In this document: in pieces, positions 12,305-22,049 of the stretch
How the letters are laid out: the number at the start of each line of letters is the position of its first letter
Numbering within the stretch: position 1 is the stretch's first letter
Assembly (NCBI RefSeq): GCF_013004595.1
Contig: NZ_JABEMC010000002.1
Coordinates: 62,001 to 126,000 of the forward strand
Direction of reading: 5' to 3'
Length of the DNA: 64,000 nt
Origin: Brevibacterium luteolum
Lineage (GTDB): Bacteria > Actinomycetota > Actinomycetes > Actinomycetales > Brevibacteriaceae
Made by a program: the position numbers and the translations under genes
Notes under the pieces: generated by a model
Database searches by the model: none
What the model saw: only the letters and a program-made list of their open reading frames with translations
What the model was told of the DNA's origin: nothing

Positions 12305-13395
12305 CAGTACCTCACTCGCGGGTCGATGAGGGCGGCGATGATGTCGACGATGAAGTTCGTCACCGCGACGATGACGGCGAGCATGACGACGATGCCCTGC
12401 ACGGCGACGAAGTCGCGGGCGGTCAGGTAGTGGGCGAGCTGGAAGCCCAGCCCCTTCCACTCGAACGTCGTCTCCGTCAGCACCGCGCCTGCGAGCATGA
12501 GGGCGATCTGCATGCCCATGACGGTGATGATCGGGATGAGTGCTGGCCGGTAGGCGTGGCGAGTCACGAGCCTGAACTCGGACACACCTCGGGAGCGGCC
12601 GGATTCGATGTACTGCTGACCGAGCGTGCCGATGAGGTTGGTGCGCACGAGGCGGAGGAACGTTCCGCCGGTGAGCAGGCCGAGTGCGATCGCCGGCAGC
12701 ACGGCGTGGCTCATGACGTCGGTGAAAGCGGCCATGTCGCCGATCCGCAGTGCATCGATGAAGTAGATGCGGGTGGGTGCGACCACCCCGCCCATGACGA
12801 GTTCGGTCGAGGAGCTTGCACGGCCGGCGATCGGCAGGATCGGGAAGAGCACGCCGAAGATGAGCTTGAGGATGAGGCCGGCGAAGAACACCGGGGTGGC
12901 GTAGCCGAGGATCGCGAGCACGCGCAGGGTGGCGTCGGGCCAGGTGTCGCGGAAGCGGGCGGCGATCATGCCCAGCGGGATGCCGAGCAGCAGCGCGACG
13001 ATGAGCGCGAAGAACACGAGCTCCAGCGTCGCGGCCCCGTAGGTCATGAGGATCGAGGTGACCGGGCGGTTGTCCGACAGGGTGGTGCCGAAGTCGCCGC
13101 GCAGCATGTTTCCGAGGTATTCGAAGTACTGCACGAGGATCGGCCGGTCGTAACCGGCCGCGGCGACGCGCTCGGCCAGCTGCGCTTGGGTCAGGCGCCC
13201 GCCGAGGGCGGCGGTGATCGGGTCGCCGGTGATGCGCATGAGGAAGAAGACGAGGGTGGTGAGGATCCACACGGTCGGGATGATGAGCAGGAACCGGATG
13301 AGGATGTATCTCCCCAGGCCGGATCCGGAGCTGCGTTTGGCCGTCTTCGCTGCTGGATCCTCAGCGAGATCGGGCACCTGGACGCTTGCGGTCAT
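12304..13395 (-). CDS. Peptide ABC transporter permease (DppB/OppB-like)
   Basis: GDFGTTL, EAA-type loop ESGRSRGV, ETTFEWKGLG, IDPRVRY. Confidence 0.93.
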   Translation of the reverse strand: MTASVQVPDLAEDPAAKTAKRSSGSGLGRYILIRFLLIIPTVWILTTLVFFLMRITGDPITAALGGRLTQAQLAERVAAAGYDRPILVQYFEYLGNMLRGDFGTTLSDNRPVTSILMTYGAATLELVFFALIVALLLGIPLGMIAARFRDTWPDATLRVLAILGYATPVFFAGLILKLIFGVLFPILPIAGRASSSTELVMGGVVAPTRIYFIDALRIGDMAAFTDVMSHAVLPAIALGLLTGGTFLRLVRTNLIGTLGQQYIESGRSRGVSEFRLVTRHAYRPALIPIITVMGMQIALMLAGAVLTETTFEWKGLGFQLAHYLTARDFVAVQGIVVMLAVIVAVTNFIVDIIAALIDPRVRY

Positions 13396-13535
13396 GGGCT
13401 CACATTTCGTGGGTTGGGATCTGGGTGGTTCTGGTCTCCGCCGCCGAGGCGTCTCTCGCCTCCCGGCAGACCGGAGCCGAGGCGGGGGTCTGGTGGGATC
13501 CCCGCCTCGGCTGCGGTGCGCGGTTCAGTCGGGCG

Positions 13536-15173
13536 TCACTTCTCCAGCAGCGCCAGGCGGAACTGGAAGGACGGGTCGAGGGTCTCGTCGACGCCCTTGA
13601 CGTCCTTGCCGGCGACGGCGATCTGGTTGCCCTGCAGCAGCGGCAGGGTCGGCAGATCTTCGCCGATGATGTCCTGCGCCTTGCCGAGCTCCTCAGCGCG
13701 CTTGCCCTCGTCGGCCTCGGAGCCCTGCTCCTTGAGCAGCGTGTTGAGCTCGTCGTTGGTGTAGTGGTTGGCGAGGAACGACGGGTTCTCCTCGGTGTTG
13801 TAGAAGAACGGCACGAGGTAGTTGTCGCCGTCGGCGTAGTCGGGGAACCAGCCGAGCTGGTACAGCGGGTAGACGTCGGCGGTGCGGTCCTCGGCGTACT
13901 TGACCCATTCGGTGGACTGCAGGTCGACGGTGAACAGGTCGGTCGACTCCAGCTGGTCCTTGATGAGCGCGTACTCGTCACCGGAGGACGGGCCGTAGTG
14001 GTCGGGGTTGTACTGCAGCTTCAGCTCGACCGGGGTCTCAACACCGGCGTCCTCGAGGCGCTTCTTGGCCTTCTCAGCATCGGCGCCGCCGTTGCCGTCG
14101 CCGTACATCTCCTTGAGCGATTCCTTGGCTGCCGGCAGTTCGGTGGGCATGTGCGAGTACAGCGGGGTGTAGGTGCCCTTGTAGACCTGGTCGGCCACGG
14201 CCTCACGGTCGATCGAGTCGGCCATCGCCTGGCGGACGGCCAGTGCCTTGTCCTCGTCGGCCTCATCGGTCTTGGCACCGTAGGGCATGGTGTCGAGGTT
14301 GAAGACGATGTAGCGGATCTCACCGCCGGGGCCCTGGTGGACCTCGACGCTGTCGCTGCCTTCGAGGTCTTCGATGTCGGTGGCCGACAGCGAACGCCAG
14401 GCCACATCGATCTGACCCTTCTCGACGTCGAGCTTCATGTTGTTGGCGTCGGAGTAGTAGCGCATCTGCACGTTGGACGTCTTGGCCTCGCCGAGCGCGC
14501 CCTGGTATTCGGGGTTGGCTTCGTAGGCGACGAGCTCGTTGAACTGGTACGAGCCGATCTTGTACGGGCCGCCGAAGGCGTCGCCGGAGACGATGTCGTC
14601 ATCGGGGGTGATCTCGTCGGCGGAGAAGGTGTCCTCATCGACGATCGGGCCGGCCGGCCCGGCGAGCACCTGCGGGAAGATCTGGTCGTTCTCCTTGTTC
14701 AGCTTGAACTGGACCGTCAGGTCATCCGGGGTCTCAACGGATTCGAGGCTGCCGAGCAGGGAGGACGGGCCGTTGGGGTCGGCGATGCCCAGCTGGCGGT
14801 CGAAGGAGAACTTCACATCGGAGGACGTCAGCTCGTTGCCGTTGGAGAACGTCAGGCCCTCCTTGAGCTTGACCTCGAAGGTCTTCGGGTCGGTGAAGTC
14901 GGCCGATTCGGCGATGTCGTTCTCGATGTCGGCGGTGCCGGGCTTGTAGCTCAGCAGGAAGGGGAACACCTGCTTCATGACGAAGAAGGAGCCGTTGTCG
15001 TACGAGCCGGCCGGGTCGAGGACGGTCACCTTGTCGGTGGTGCCGATGGTGAGCGCATCACCGGACTCTCCTTCGCCACCGCCGCCGGTGGTCGAGGTGG
15101 AGCAGGCCGACAGCACCATCGCTGCCGCGCCGAGCGCTGCGCCGGTGGCCAGCAGCTTGCGTGATCGGAACAT
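13536..15173 (-). CDS. Family 5 ABC substrate-binding lipoprotein
   Basis: Lipobox LSAC, LKEGLTFSNG..LTSSDVKFSF, VRQAMA; first gene of the ABC operon. Confidence 0.93.
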   Translation of the reverse strand: MFRSRKLLATGAALGAAAMVLSACSTSTTGGGGEGESGDALTIGTTDKVTVLDPAGSYDNGSFFVMKQVFPFLLSYKPGTADIENDIAESADFTDPKTFEVKLKEGLTFSNGNELTSSDVKFSFDRQLGIADPNGPSSLLGSLESVETPDDLTVQFKLNKENDQIFPQVLAGPAGPIVDEDTFSADEITPDDDIVSGDAFGGPYKIGSYQFNELVAYEANPEYQGALGEAKTSNVQMRYYSDANNMKLDVEKGQIDVAWRSLSATDIEDLEGSDSVEVHQGPGGEIRYIVFNLDTMPYGAKTDEADEDKALAVRQAMADSIDREAVADQVYKGTYTPLYSHMPTELPAAKESLKEMYGDGNGGADAEKAKKRLEDAGVETPVELKLQYNPDHYGPSSGDEYALIKDQLESTDLFTVDLQSTEWVKYAEDRTADVYPLYQLGWFPDYADGDNYLVPFFYNTEENPSFLANHYTNDELNTLLKEQGSEADEGKRAEELGKAQDIIGEDLPTLPLLQGNQIAVAGKDVKGVDETLDPSFQFRLALLEK

Positions 15174-15547
15174 GAACGCGCCTTTCGTCATTCAGGAGTG
15201 GAGCAGACGTCATCCTAGTGCTGCGGTGTCACGAGGCGACGGCTTGAGCCATGTATATCCCAGATCGCAACCGAAGTGTGACCGTGGGCACGGGACTCCC
15301 CCGCACCTGCGGACGTTCGACAGCGTGCGACCCGAATACCAGGACGTTCGTCACGCCGCTAGGGGGATGCGGCGATTCACAGTGAATTGACACACACCAC
15401 TGAATGTGGCTGAATCACCTCTTGTGATGCCGCGCACAAGGATCGTGCGCGTGCCGCTGTTCCCCCTCCCCTCCCGCATCCGGGACCGGAGGATGCTGCC
15501 GCCTTACCCGAGGCGGTGGCTGGGCTGATTTCCTAAGGAGTCCTTTC

Positions 15548-17110
15548 ATGTCAGACATCATCAGTCTGCTCAACGACCTCGTCTGGTCGCCGGTGCTCGT
15601 GTACCTGTGCCTGGGCGTGGGCGTGTTCTTCACGATCCGCACGAAGGCGATCCAGATCCGCCGGATCGGCGACATCTTCGTCTACATGTTCACCGGCAAG
15701 GGCTCCTCCTCGGGGGTCTCGTCCTTCCAGTCCCTGGCGGTCTCGCTGTCCGGCCGCGTAGGCACCGGCAACATCGCCGGTGTCGCCACCGCGATCGCGC
15801 TCGGCGGCCCGGGTGCGGTGTTCTGGATGTGGACGGTCGCCCTGCTCGGCGCCTCCACCTCGTTCGTCGAGTCGACGCTGGGCCAGATCTACAAGGAGCG
15901 CGACCGCGACACCGGTGAGTACCGCGGCGGCCCGGCCTACTACCTGGCCAAGGCCTATGCGCACACGAAGGCCAAGGGCCTGTTCCAGCTCTACGGCGCG
16001 ATCTTCGCCTGTGTCACGATCTTCGCCATGAGCTCGCTGCTGCCCGGCGTGCAGGCCAACGGCATCTCCTCGGCGATGGCCAATGCGTGGGGCCTGGAGC
16101 CGTGGATCCCGGCTGTGGGCATCGTCATCGTGCTCGGCTTCATCATCATCGGCGGCATCAAGCGCATCGCGAACTTCGCTTCGATCGTCGTGCCGTTCAT
16201 GGCTGTCATCTACATCATCGGTGCGCTCGTCGTCGTCATCATCAATGCCGGCGCCATCCCTGAGGTCATCTCGCTCATCTTCTCCTCGGCCTTCGGCGTC
16301 AACGCCGCTTTCGGTGCCGTCATCGGCGAGGCTGTGGCCTGGGGCGTCAAGCGCGGCATCTACTCCAATGAGGCCGGCCAGGGCACCGGCCCGCACGCCG
16401 CAGCCGCCTCGGAGGTCTCCCACCCGGCCAAGCAGGGCCTGGTGCAGGCCGGCGCGGTCTACATCGACACGCTGCTCGTGTGCTCGGCCACGGCGTTCAT
16501 GATCCTCTCGACCGGCATGTACCGCGTGTATGAGGGTGAGGACGGCGGCCCGCTCGTCGGCGAGGGCGGACGTCTGCCCGAGGGCGTCGAGGCAGGCCCC
16601 GGCTATGTGCAGAACAGCTTCGACACGATCGTGCCGGGCCTGGGTGCGAGCTTCATCGCGGTCTCGCTGGCGTTCTTCGCCTTCACGACGATCGTGGCCT
16701 ACTACTACATGGCAGAGACGAACCTCTCCTACCTGCTGCGCAACTCGCGCAACACGCTGCTGCGCAGCGTCCTCATGCGCCTGCTGCAGCTGGCGATCCT
16801 CGTGGCCGTCGTCATCGGTGCGGTCGGCGGTGCCGGCGACGCCTGGACGCTCGGCGACATCGGTGTGGGTCTCATGGCGTGGCTCAACATCATCGGCATC
16901 CTGCTCATCCAGGGTCCGGCGTTCAAGATCCTCAAGGACTTCGAGGCCCAGCGCAAGGCCGGCAAGGATCCGGTCTACATCCCGGAGAAGTGCCCGATCC
17001 CGGGTGCTGAGCACTGGGAGTCGGGTCTGCACATCGAGGCGCACGAGGAGGCCACCGGTCAGAAGATCGACCGCCGCACCGGCGATCTCCTCGACCTCCC
17101 GCGCCCCTGA
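15548..17110 (+). CDS. Alanine/glycine:cation symporter (AGCS family)
   Basis: GRVGTGNIAGVATAI..GGPGAVFWMW, RGIYSNEAGQG; AAGGAG RBS. Confidence 0.95.
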   Translation: MSDIISLLNDLVWSPVLVYLCLGVGVFFTIRTKAIQIRRIGDIFVYMFTGKGSSSGVSSFQSLAVSLSGRVGTGNIAGVATAIALGGPGAVFWMWTVALLGASTSFVESTLGQIYKERDRDTGEYRGGPAYYLAKAYAHTKAKGLFQLYGAIFACVTIFAMSSLLPGVQANGISSAMANAWGLEPWIPAVGIVIVLGFIIIGGIKRIANFASIVVPFMAVIYIIGALVVVIINAGAIPEVISLIFSSAFGVNAAFGAVIGEAVAWGVKRGIYSNEAGQGTGPHAAAASEVSHPAKQGLVQAGAVYIDTLLVCSATAFMILSTGMYRVYEGEDGGPLVGEGGRLPEGVEAGPGYVQNSFDTIVPGLGASFIAVSLAFFAFTTIVAYYYMAETNLSYLLRNSRNTLLRSVLMRLLQLAILVAVVIGAVGGAGDAWTLGDIGVGLMAWLNIIGILLIQGPAFKILKDFEAQRKAGKDPVYIPEKCPIPGAEHWESGLHIEAHEEATGQKIDRRTGDLLDLPRP

Positions 17111-17118
17111 TCTGCTGG

Positions 17119-17166
17119 CCTGACCGGCAGGGCACCTGACCGGCGGGTCACCTGACCGGCAGGTCA
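17119..17166. repeat. Three 16-bp tandem repeats CCTGACCGGCRGGKCA
   Basis: cctgaccggcagggca / cctgaccggcgggtca / cctgaccggcaggtca. Confidence 0.85.
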
Positions 17167-17175
17167 CGTGACTGA

Positions 17176-17216
17176 ACCGGCCCTGGCCGATGGAGATCCC
17201 ATCGGCCAGGGCCGGT
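17176..17216. terminator. Perfect 18-bp-arm hairpin between convergent genes
   Basis: accggccctggccgatgg-agatc-ccatcggccagggccggt. Confidence 0.75.
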
Positions 17217-17234
17217 CTCATGTCTGCGAAGCCC

Positions 17235-18803
17235 TCACCCGTGCACGAACTCGATCGTCGTCGCCGTGCTCGGGGCGATGTCCATGACGAGCCGCCCGTC
17301 CTCGGCGGTCTTCACGCCGCTGCCGGAGTCGGCGAATTCGGCGAGCTCCCGGTATCCGGTCTGGCTCTGCGCGGCATTCGAGGGCGCATGGATCTGCGCG
17401 GCGCGTTCGGCGGTGAACCCCTCCGGGACACTCACGGTCACCTCGCGGCTGCCGTACTGGGCGGCGTCGGCGTTGTTGACGATGGTGACGATGTAGGAGC
17501 CCTCGGTGCGCACGGCGTAGGCGTAGGCGTCGCTGCCGCTGACGGCGACGTCGTGGAAGGTTCCGCCCACGCCGATCTCGGACAGCCGCAGGCCCTGGAA
17601 GTTCGGCTGCGTGAGCACCTCACCGTCGCCGTCCTCGCCAGTGCCCTCGGCGGAGCAGACGACCGACATCGGCGCTCCGCCCTTGCAGGCGCCGAGCATC
17701 GAGTGCATGTTCATCCGCTCGACGCCCATCTCGGCGGCATGCAGCACGTAGTCGACGGTCCACAGCGCCGAGGCGTGGGTGCGGGAGGTGTCGTTGGTTC
17801 CCGGGCAACTGGTCGGCCCGGTCTCCTCGACCCATAAGGGGATGTCGGCGGCTGTGGCCTTGTCCAGCCCGATCGACAGGAGGCGTTCGGCGCTGTCGTG
17901 GGCCAGTGGGTTGACGAGGTTCTCCCATTCGGGCCCGCGCCCGGGGACTACGTCCGAGGTGCATTCGTAGGTGGCATACCAGTGCTGGCTCAAGGCTACG
18001 GTCTCGTCGAATCCGGCATCGAGGAACGCGGTCATCCATGAGCCTTCGGCCACGCCTGGCCCGACGAGGCTGACGTCGTCGCCGACGCGCTGCTCGATCG
18101 CCGACCTGTACGCTTCGACTTGCTTGAGGTAGGCGTCCTCATCCCACTCCCCGGCCTCGCGGATCTTGAGCCCCTCGCGGTGATCGGCGGTGAACCCGTT
18201 GGGTTCATTGCCGATCGACACCGCCAGCAGGTGGGATCCGAAGGCCTGCTGCGCATGGGCGACCATGTCTGCGCCGCGCTCCGGATCGTAGTCACCCAGT
18301 GGGATGCCGAGAGTCACACTCGCGTCGACCTTTTCGACCGTACGCGCGACGCGGTTGAGATCCTCTGGAGTCACGGCGACTCTGCCAGCTGGCGGCTGTT
18401 CCCCCGACGAGGTCCAGAACATGCCCCGGTCGAGCTGGTTGCCCCCGAACCGCAAGCCCGGGCTGCCGAGTTCGGCCAGCACGTCGTCGAGGTTCCCGGC
18501 GTCAGGGTCCCAGCGCGGATCAGCCAGGTCCGTGGCCTCGAAGGAGATGCCGATGTTGTCAGCTGACAGCGCAGTACTCGCGGGGTCCGTGCTGACGCCT
18601 ACGTCCACTGGATCGGGGTTGGGCGCATCAGAGCCGAGTTTCTGCACAAAGGGCACGACTGCGTCGCCAGCCTCACCCCGACCAGATGTGTCGTCTGAGC
18701 GGTCGCGCTCTTTCCCGTTGGTGCAGCCCGTGACGAGGACGGTGATGGCAAGCACTGACGCCACGCCGGCCGTAACGAGCCGGTGCCGAGCTGAGGTTGT
18801 CAC
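17235..18803 (-). CDS. Lipoprotein, glycoside hydrolase clan GH-A (GH79-like)
   Basis: Lipobox VTGC; LRFGGN, IGNEPN (acid/base) and WVEETG (nucleophile) motifs. Overlaps the LCP stop. Confidence 0.7.
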   Translation of the reverse strand: MTTSARHRLVTAGVASVLAITVLVTGCTNGKERDRSDDTSGRGEAGDAVVPFVQKLGSDAPNPDPVDVGVSTDPASTALSADNIGISFEATDLADPRWDPDAGNLDDVLAELGSPGLRFGGNQLDRGMFWTSSGEQPPAGRVAVTPEDLNRVARTVEKVDASVTLGIPLGDYDPERGADMVAHAQQAFGSHLLAVSIGNEPNGFTADHREGLKIREAGEWDEDAYLKQVEAYRSAIEQRVGDDVSLVGPGVAEGSWMTAFLDAGFDETVALSQHWYATYECTSDVVPGRGPEWENLVNPLAHDSAERLLSIGLDKATAADIPLWVEETGPTSCPGTNDTSRTHASALWTVDYVLHAAEMGVERMNMHSMLGACKGGAPMSVVCSAEGTGEDGDGEVLTQPNFQGLRLSEIGVGGTFHDVAVSGSDAYAYAVRTEGSYIVTIVNNADAAQYGSREVTVSVPEGFTAERAAQIHAPSNAAQSQTGYRELAEFADSGSGVKTAEDGRLVMDIAPSTATTIEFVHG

Positions 18804-19843
18804 AGGTGCTGCTGGTCGGCGTTTGCCGCGTAGTCCTTCACGGTGTCGTCCTTGAAGGCCTTGCGGACGTTCTCGAGTTCTTTCTCGTCGACCTTGACGT
18901 ATGACTGGCCATCGGATGATCGGCCGACACCCGCGATGGGAGCGGTGAAGAAGTCGATATCGTCGCTGCGGATATCGCGCATCGCCAGCGCATACCGGGA
19001 GATCGCTGAGGAATGCAGTCCCGAGTCCAGGTACATGTACGGCGAGAAGTCCCGGACCATGCCGGTGACCTTGTTCGGGTTGGACAAGGTATCAGCGTCG
19101 ACGATCTTGCCGAACAGAGAGGACATGAACTCCTGCTGGTTGCGGGCACGCTGTAGGTCTCCGTCGGCGAACTGCTTTCGTGCGCGAACGAAAGCCAGCG
19201 CTGCTTCACCGTCGAGGTGGTTTGTTCCCTCCGTGAAGCTGTGACCGCCGCTCGAGAACGCCTGCGAGGATTCGACATCGACACCGCCCACCGAGTCGGT
19301 GAGCAGCTGGAAGCCCTCGAAGTCGATCATCGCCACGTGGTTGATCGGCGCGCCGATGAAGTCCTCAACAGTGCTGACGGCGAGCGGCAAGCCTCCATAC
19401 GACAAGGCCGCGTTGATCTTCGCCTTGCCGTGACCTTCGATCTCGACCCAGGAGTCACGCGGGATCGACATGAACTGGATGCTCGAACGATCCTCTGGGA
19501 CGTGGGCAACCATGATGGTGTCAGAGCGGAGTCCGCGCGAGTTCGAGAAGTCCACCTGATCCATGGGCTCATCTGCGCCGAGCACAAGGATGTTCATCGC
19601 TCCGCCATCGACCGGCGGCGGCGTCTTGTCACCGAAGACCTGCTCGTCAGGGATCGTGTTCGAGTTCTTGTCAAAGGTCCGGCCGAGGTACCACGCATAT
19701 CCGCCGACCGTTGCAACGAGTACAAGAACAAGGATGAGGAATCCGAAAAGAATCTTCCTGCCAGTTCGGCGAGGCTTGCGCCGCGGTCTCTGGCGACGCT
19801 CCGAGGCATCCTCAAATATGTCGTCGGGCATTACATGCGTCAT
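18800..19843 (-). CDS. LCP (LytR-CpsA-Psr) family glycopolymer transferase
   Basis: TM helix, NILVLGAD, RSDTIMV, SIPRDSWV, KINAA, FVRAR..GDLQRARNQQ; exact start uncertain. Confidence 0.92.
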   Translation of the reverse strand: MTHVMPDDIFEDASERRQRPRRKPRRTGRKILFGFLILVLVLVATVGGYAWYLGRTFDKNSNTIPDEQVFGDKTPPPVDGGAMNILVLGADEPMDQVDFSNSRGLRSDTIMVAHVPEDRSSIQFMSIPRDSWVEIEGHGKAKINAALSYGGLPLAVSTVEDFIGAPINHVAMIDFEGFQLLTDSVGGVDVESSQAFSSGGHSFTEGTNHLDGEAALAFVRARKQFADGDLQRARNQQEFMSSLFGKIVDADTLSNPNKVTGMVRDFSPYMYLDSGLHSSAISRYALAMRDIRSDDIDFFTAPIAGVGRSSDGQSYVKVDEKELENVRKAFKDDTVKDYAANADQQHL

Positions 19844-20020
19844 TGGTTGTCCTACTCGTTCCACAGGTATCGGGAGCTGCTGACCCCTGAGGCGTCGATG
19901 GCGGTCGCCTGACTTCTGACGGCATACAGTCTTCAGAGTCTTTCCGCACAATGATAGAGCGGGACTGCTGAAGGTTTGGTTGACTTCACGACTGGATAGA
20001 TTCCAGGAAGGTGAGAGGTC

Positions 20021-20323
20021 ATGCCGAAGATCTACACCGATGAGTTCAAGCAGTCAGCGCTCGAGCTCGTGGGCGACGGAATGTCCCAGAAGCAGGTGTG
20101 CGCTGATCTTGGGATCTCGAAGTCAGCCCTGCGGGCCTGGGTCCGTGACTCCCGCCTGCGCGAGCACGGCCTCGAGCCCGTGCGCGATCCCGAGGGGTCA
20201 CGCGCCCAGGCGGCAGCACTCAAACGCATCCGCGAGCTAGAACGAGAGAACAAGATCCTGCGTGAAGCAGCAGCGTATCTCTCGCAGGCGAACTTGAAGC
20301 TCGGCGGTCAGCACCCAAAATGA
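20021..20323 (+). CDS. IS3 transposase OrfA (HTH)
   Basis: YTDEFKQSA..VCADLGISKSALRAWV..RELERENKILREAA. Confidence 0.93.
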   Translation: MPKIYTDEFKQSALELVGDGMSQKQVCADLGISKSALRAWVRDSRLREHGLEPVRDPEGSRAQAAALKRIRELERENKILREAAAYLSQANLKLGGQHPK

Positions 20324-21204
20324 TGTACCCGCTGGTCCGTGATCTTGCTGCCACCGGCGTGCCGGTGGCAGTGACCTGTCGGGTGCTCGGCTTTACCACG
20401 CAGGGGTTCTACAAATGGTGTGCGAATCCGGTCTCAGCCCGGGACTGGGAGGAGGCGCACCTGCTCAATGCCGCCTACGACATCCATGCAGATGACCCGG
20501 AGTTCGGATATCGCTTCATCGCTGATGAACTCGCTGCTGCCGGCTACTGCACTTCTGAGCGTCGTGTGTGGCGATTGTGTTCGCGGCAGGGATTGTTCTC
20601 TCACACGGTCAAACGGGCCCGGAAACGTGGTCAGAAGCCCGGCCCGCCGGTGTGTGATGACCTCGTCGAACGTGACTTCACAGCTCAGGCAGTCAACGAG
20701 TTGTGGCTGACCGATATCACCGAGCATCACACCGGTGAGGGCAAGCTGTATATGTGCGCGGTCAAGGACGTGTTCAGCAATAGAATCGTCGGCTATGCCA
20801 TCGATTCGCGCATGAAATCGCGGCTGGCTGTGGCGGCGATTGAGGACGCTGTCACCCGTCGCGGCCGGTCACACGCTGTAGCCGGCTGCGTGGTGCACTC
20901 CGACCGAGGTTCACAATTCAGGTCGCGAAAATTTCAGCAGACGCTGAAACGTCTCGGACTGATCGCCTCGATGGGCCGAGTCGGTGCCGCTGGAGACAAT
21001 GCGGCGATGGAATCGTTCTTCGCTGTGTTGCAAAAGAACGTCCTCAACCGGCGCCGGTGGGCCACCCGCGCACAGCTTCGCATAGCAATCGTCCACTGGG
21101 TCGAGCGGACCTATCACCAGAAGCGTCGGCAGCGCCGTCTGGGTAAACTGACCCCGGTTGAATACGAACTGGTTCACCACACAGCCGCCGTCCTGGCGGC
21201 ATAA
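20320..21204 (+). CDS. IS3 transposase OrfB (DDE integrase core)
   Basis: WLTDITE, HSDRGSQF, DNAAMESFF. In the -1 frame, with slippery heptamer C-CCA-AAA at 20314-20320. Confidence 0.93.
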   Translation: MMYPLVRDLAATGVPVAVTCRVLGFTTQGFYKWCANPVSARDWEEAHLLNAAYDIHADDPEFGYRFIADELAAAGYCTSERRVWRLCSRQGLFSHTVKRARKRGQKPGPPVCDDLVERDFTAQAVNELWLTDITEHHTGEGKLYMCAVKDVFSNRIVGYAIDSRMKSRLAVAAIEDAVTRRGRSHAVAGCVVHSDRGSQFRSRKFQQTLKRLGLIASMGRVGAAGDNAAMESFFAVLQKNVLNRRRWATRAQLRIAIVHWVERTYHQKRRQRRLGKLTPVEYELVHHTAAVLAA

Positions 21205-21236
21205 ACGCCAGATTCAACCAAACCTTCAGCAGTCCC

Positions 21237-21956
21237 CTCAACGGCGATGCCGGCGAACGTGCCCGCGATCTCTACCGTCTGTTCTGCGACGGCGAGTTCC
21301 ACATCACCGACGCCCGCACGGCCGAGATGGCCAAACTTGTCGAGAATGCCTACCGCGACGTCAACATCGCCTTCTCCAACGAGCTCTCCGTCGTCGCCTC
21401 GAAGCTCAACGTCGACGTGTGGGAGCTCATCGACCTGGCAAACCACCATCCGCGCGTCAACATCCTTCAGCCTGGACCTGGTGTCGGCGGACACTGCATC
21501 GCCGTCGATCCGTGGTTCCTCGTCTCGGCAGCACCTGAGGAGAGCCAGCTCATCCGCACCGCCCGCGAGGTGAACGACAACAAGCCCGAGTTCGTCCTGA
21601 ACCACGTGGTGCCCAAAGCCCAGCGATTCAAGGAACCCCGGGTGGCCGTTCTCGGGCTGGCGTTCAAGCCGGACATCGACGACCTGCGCGAAAGCCCGGC
21701 CATGTACATCGCCGAAACCCTTGCCGATCGTCTTCCTGAGGGCACAATCCTCGCTGTCGAGCCGAACATCGACGAGCTCCCTGCCTCGCTGGCCGATAAG
21801 GGAAATGTCGAACTCACCGAGCTCGAAGACGCCGTCCAGACAGCCGACATCGTGCTGCTGCTGGTCGACCACTCGGAGTTCAAGAACTACGACCAGCGCC
21901 GCCTGCAGAGCACTATCGTCTACGACACCCGCGGCACCTGGCGCACCCTGCTCTGA
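21237..21956 (+). pseudogene. wecC: UDP-N-acetyl-D-mannosamine dehydrogenase-like, 5'-truncated at the IS end
   Basis: The frame is open right up to the IS end (LNGDAGERARDLY...TAEMAKLVENAYRDVNIAF). Has GPGVGGHCIAVDP and GLAFKPDIDDLRESP; the N-terminal NAD-binding domain is missing. Confidence 0.82.
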
Positions 21957-21968
21957 TCGATTCCTCGT

Positions 21969-22005
21969 CGTGACCGGTGAACCCTCCGTGGGTTCACCGG
22001 TCACG
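21969..22005. terminator. Perfect 16-bp-arm hairpin after wecC
   Basis: cgtgaccggtgaaccc-tccgt-gggttcaccggtcacg. Confidence 0.7.
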
Positions 22006-22049
22006 TCTGTCTGAGTCCGACTCCCAGGCTGCAGACCTACCGTGGGCGC

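Larger units (their letters stand above)
19961..21236 (+). mobile_element. IS3-family insertion sequence (1276 bp)
   Basis: 23-bp terminal IRs gggactgctgaaggtttggttga / tcaaccaaaccttcagcagtccc enclosing orfA and orfB; no target-site duplication visible. Confidence 0.92.

Noticed and set aside
11297..13270. 657-aa fused permease ORF
   Set aside because: The N-terminal half is an alternative frame over the DppB-like gene; the real gene starts at 12304.
15390..15547. Glycine riboswitch upstream of the AGCS symporter
   Set aside because: The conserved GGAGA, CCGAAG and CTCTCAGG elements are not present.
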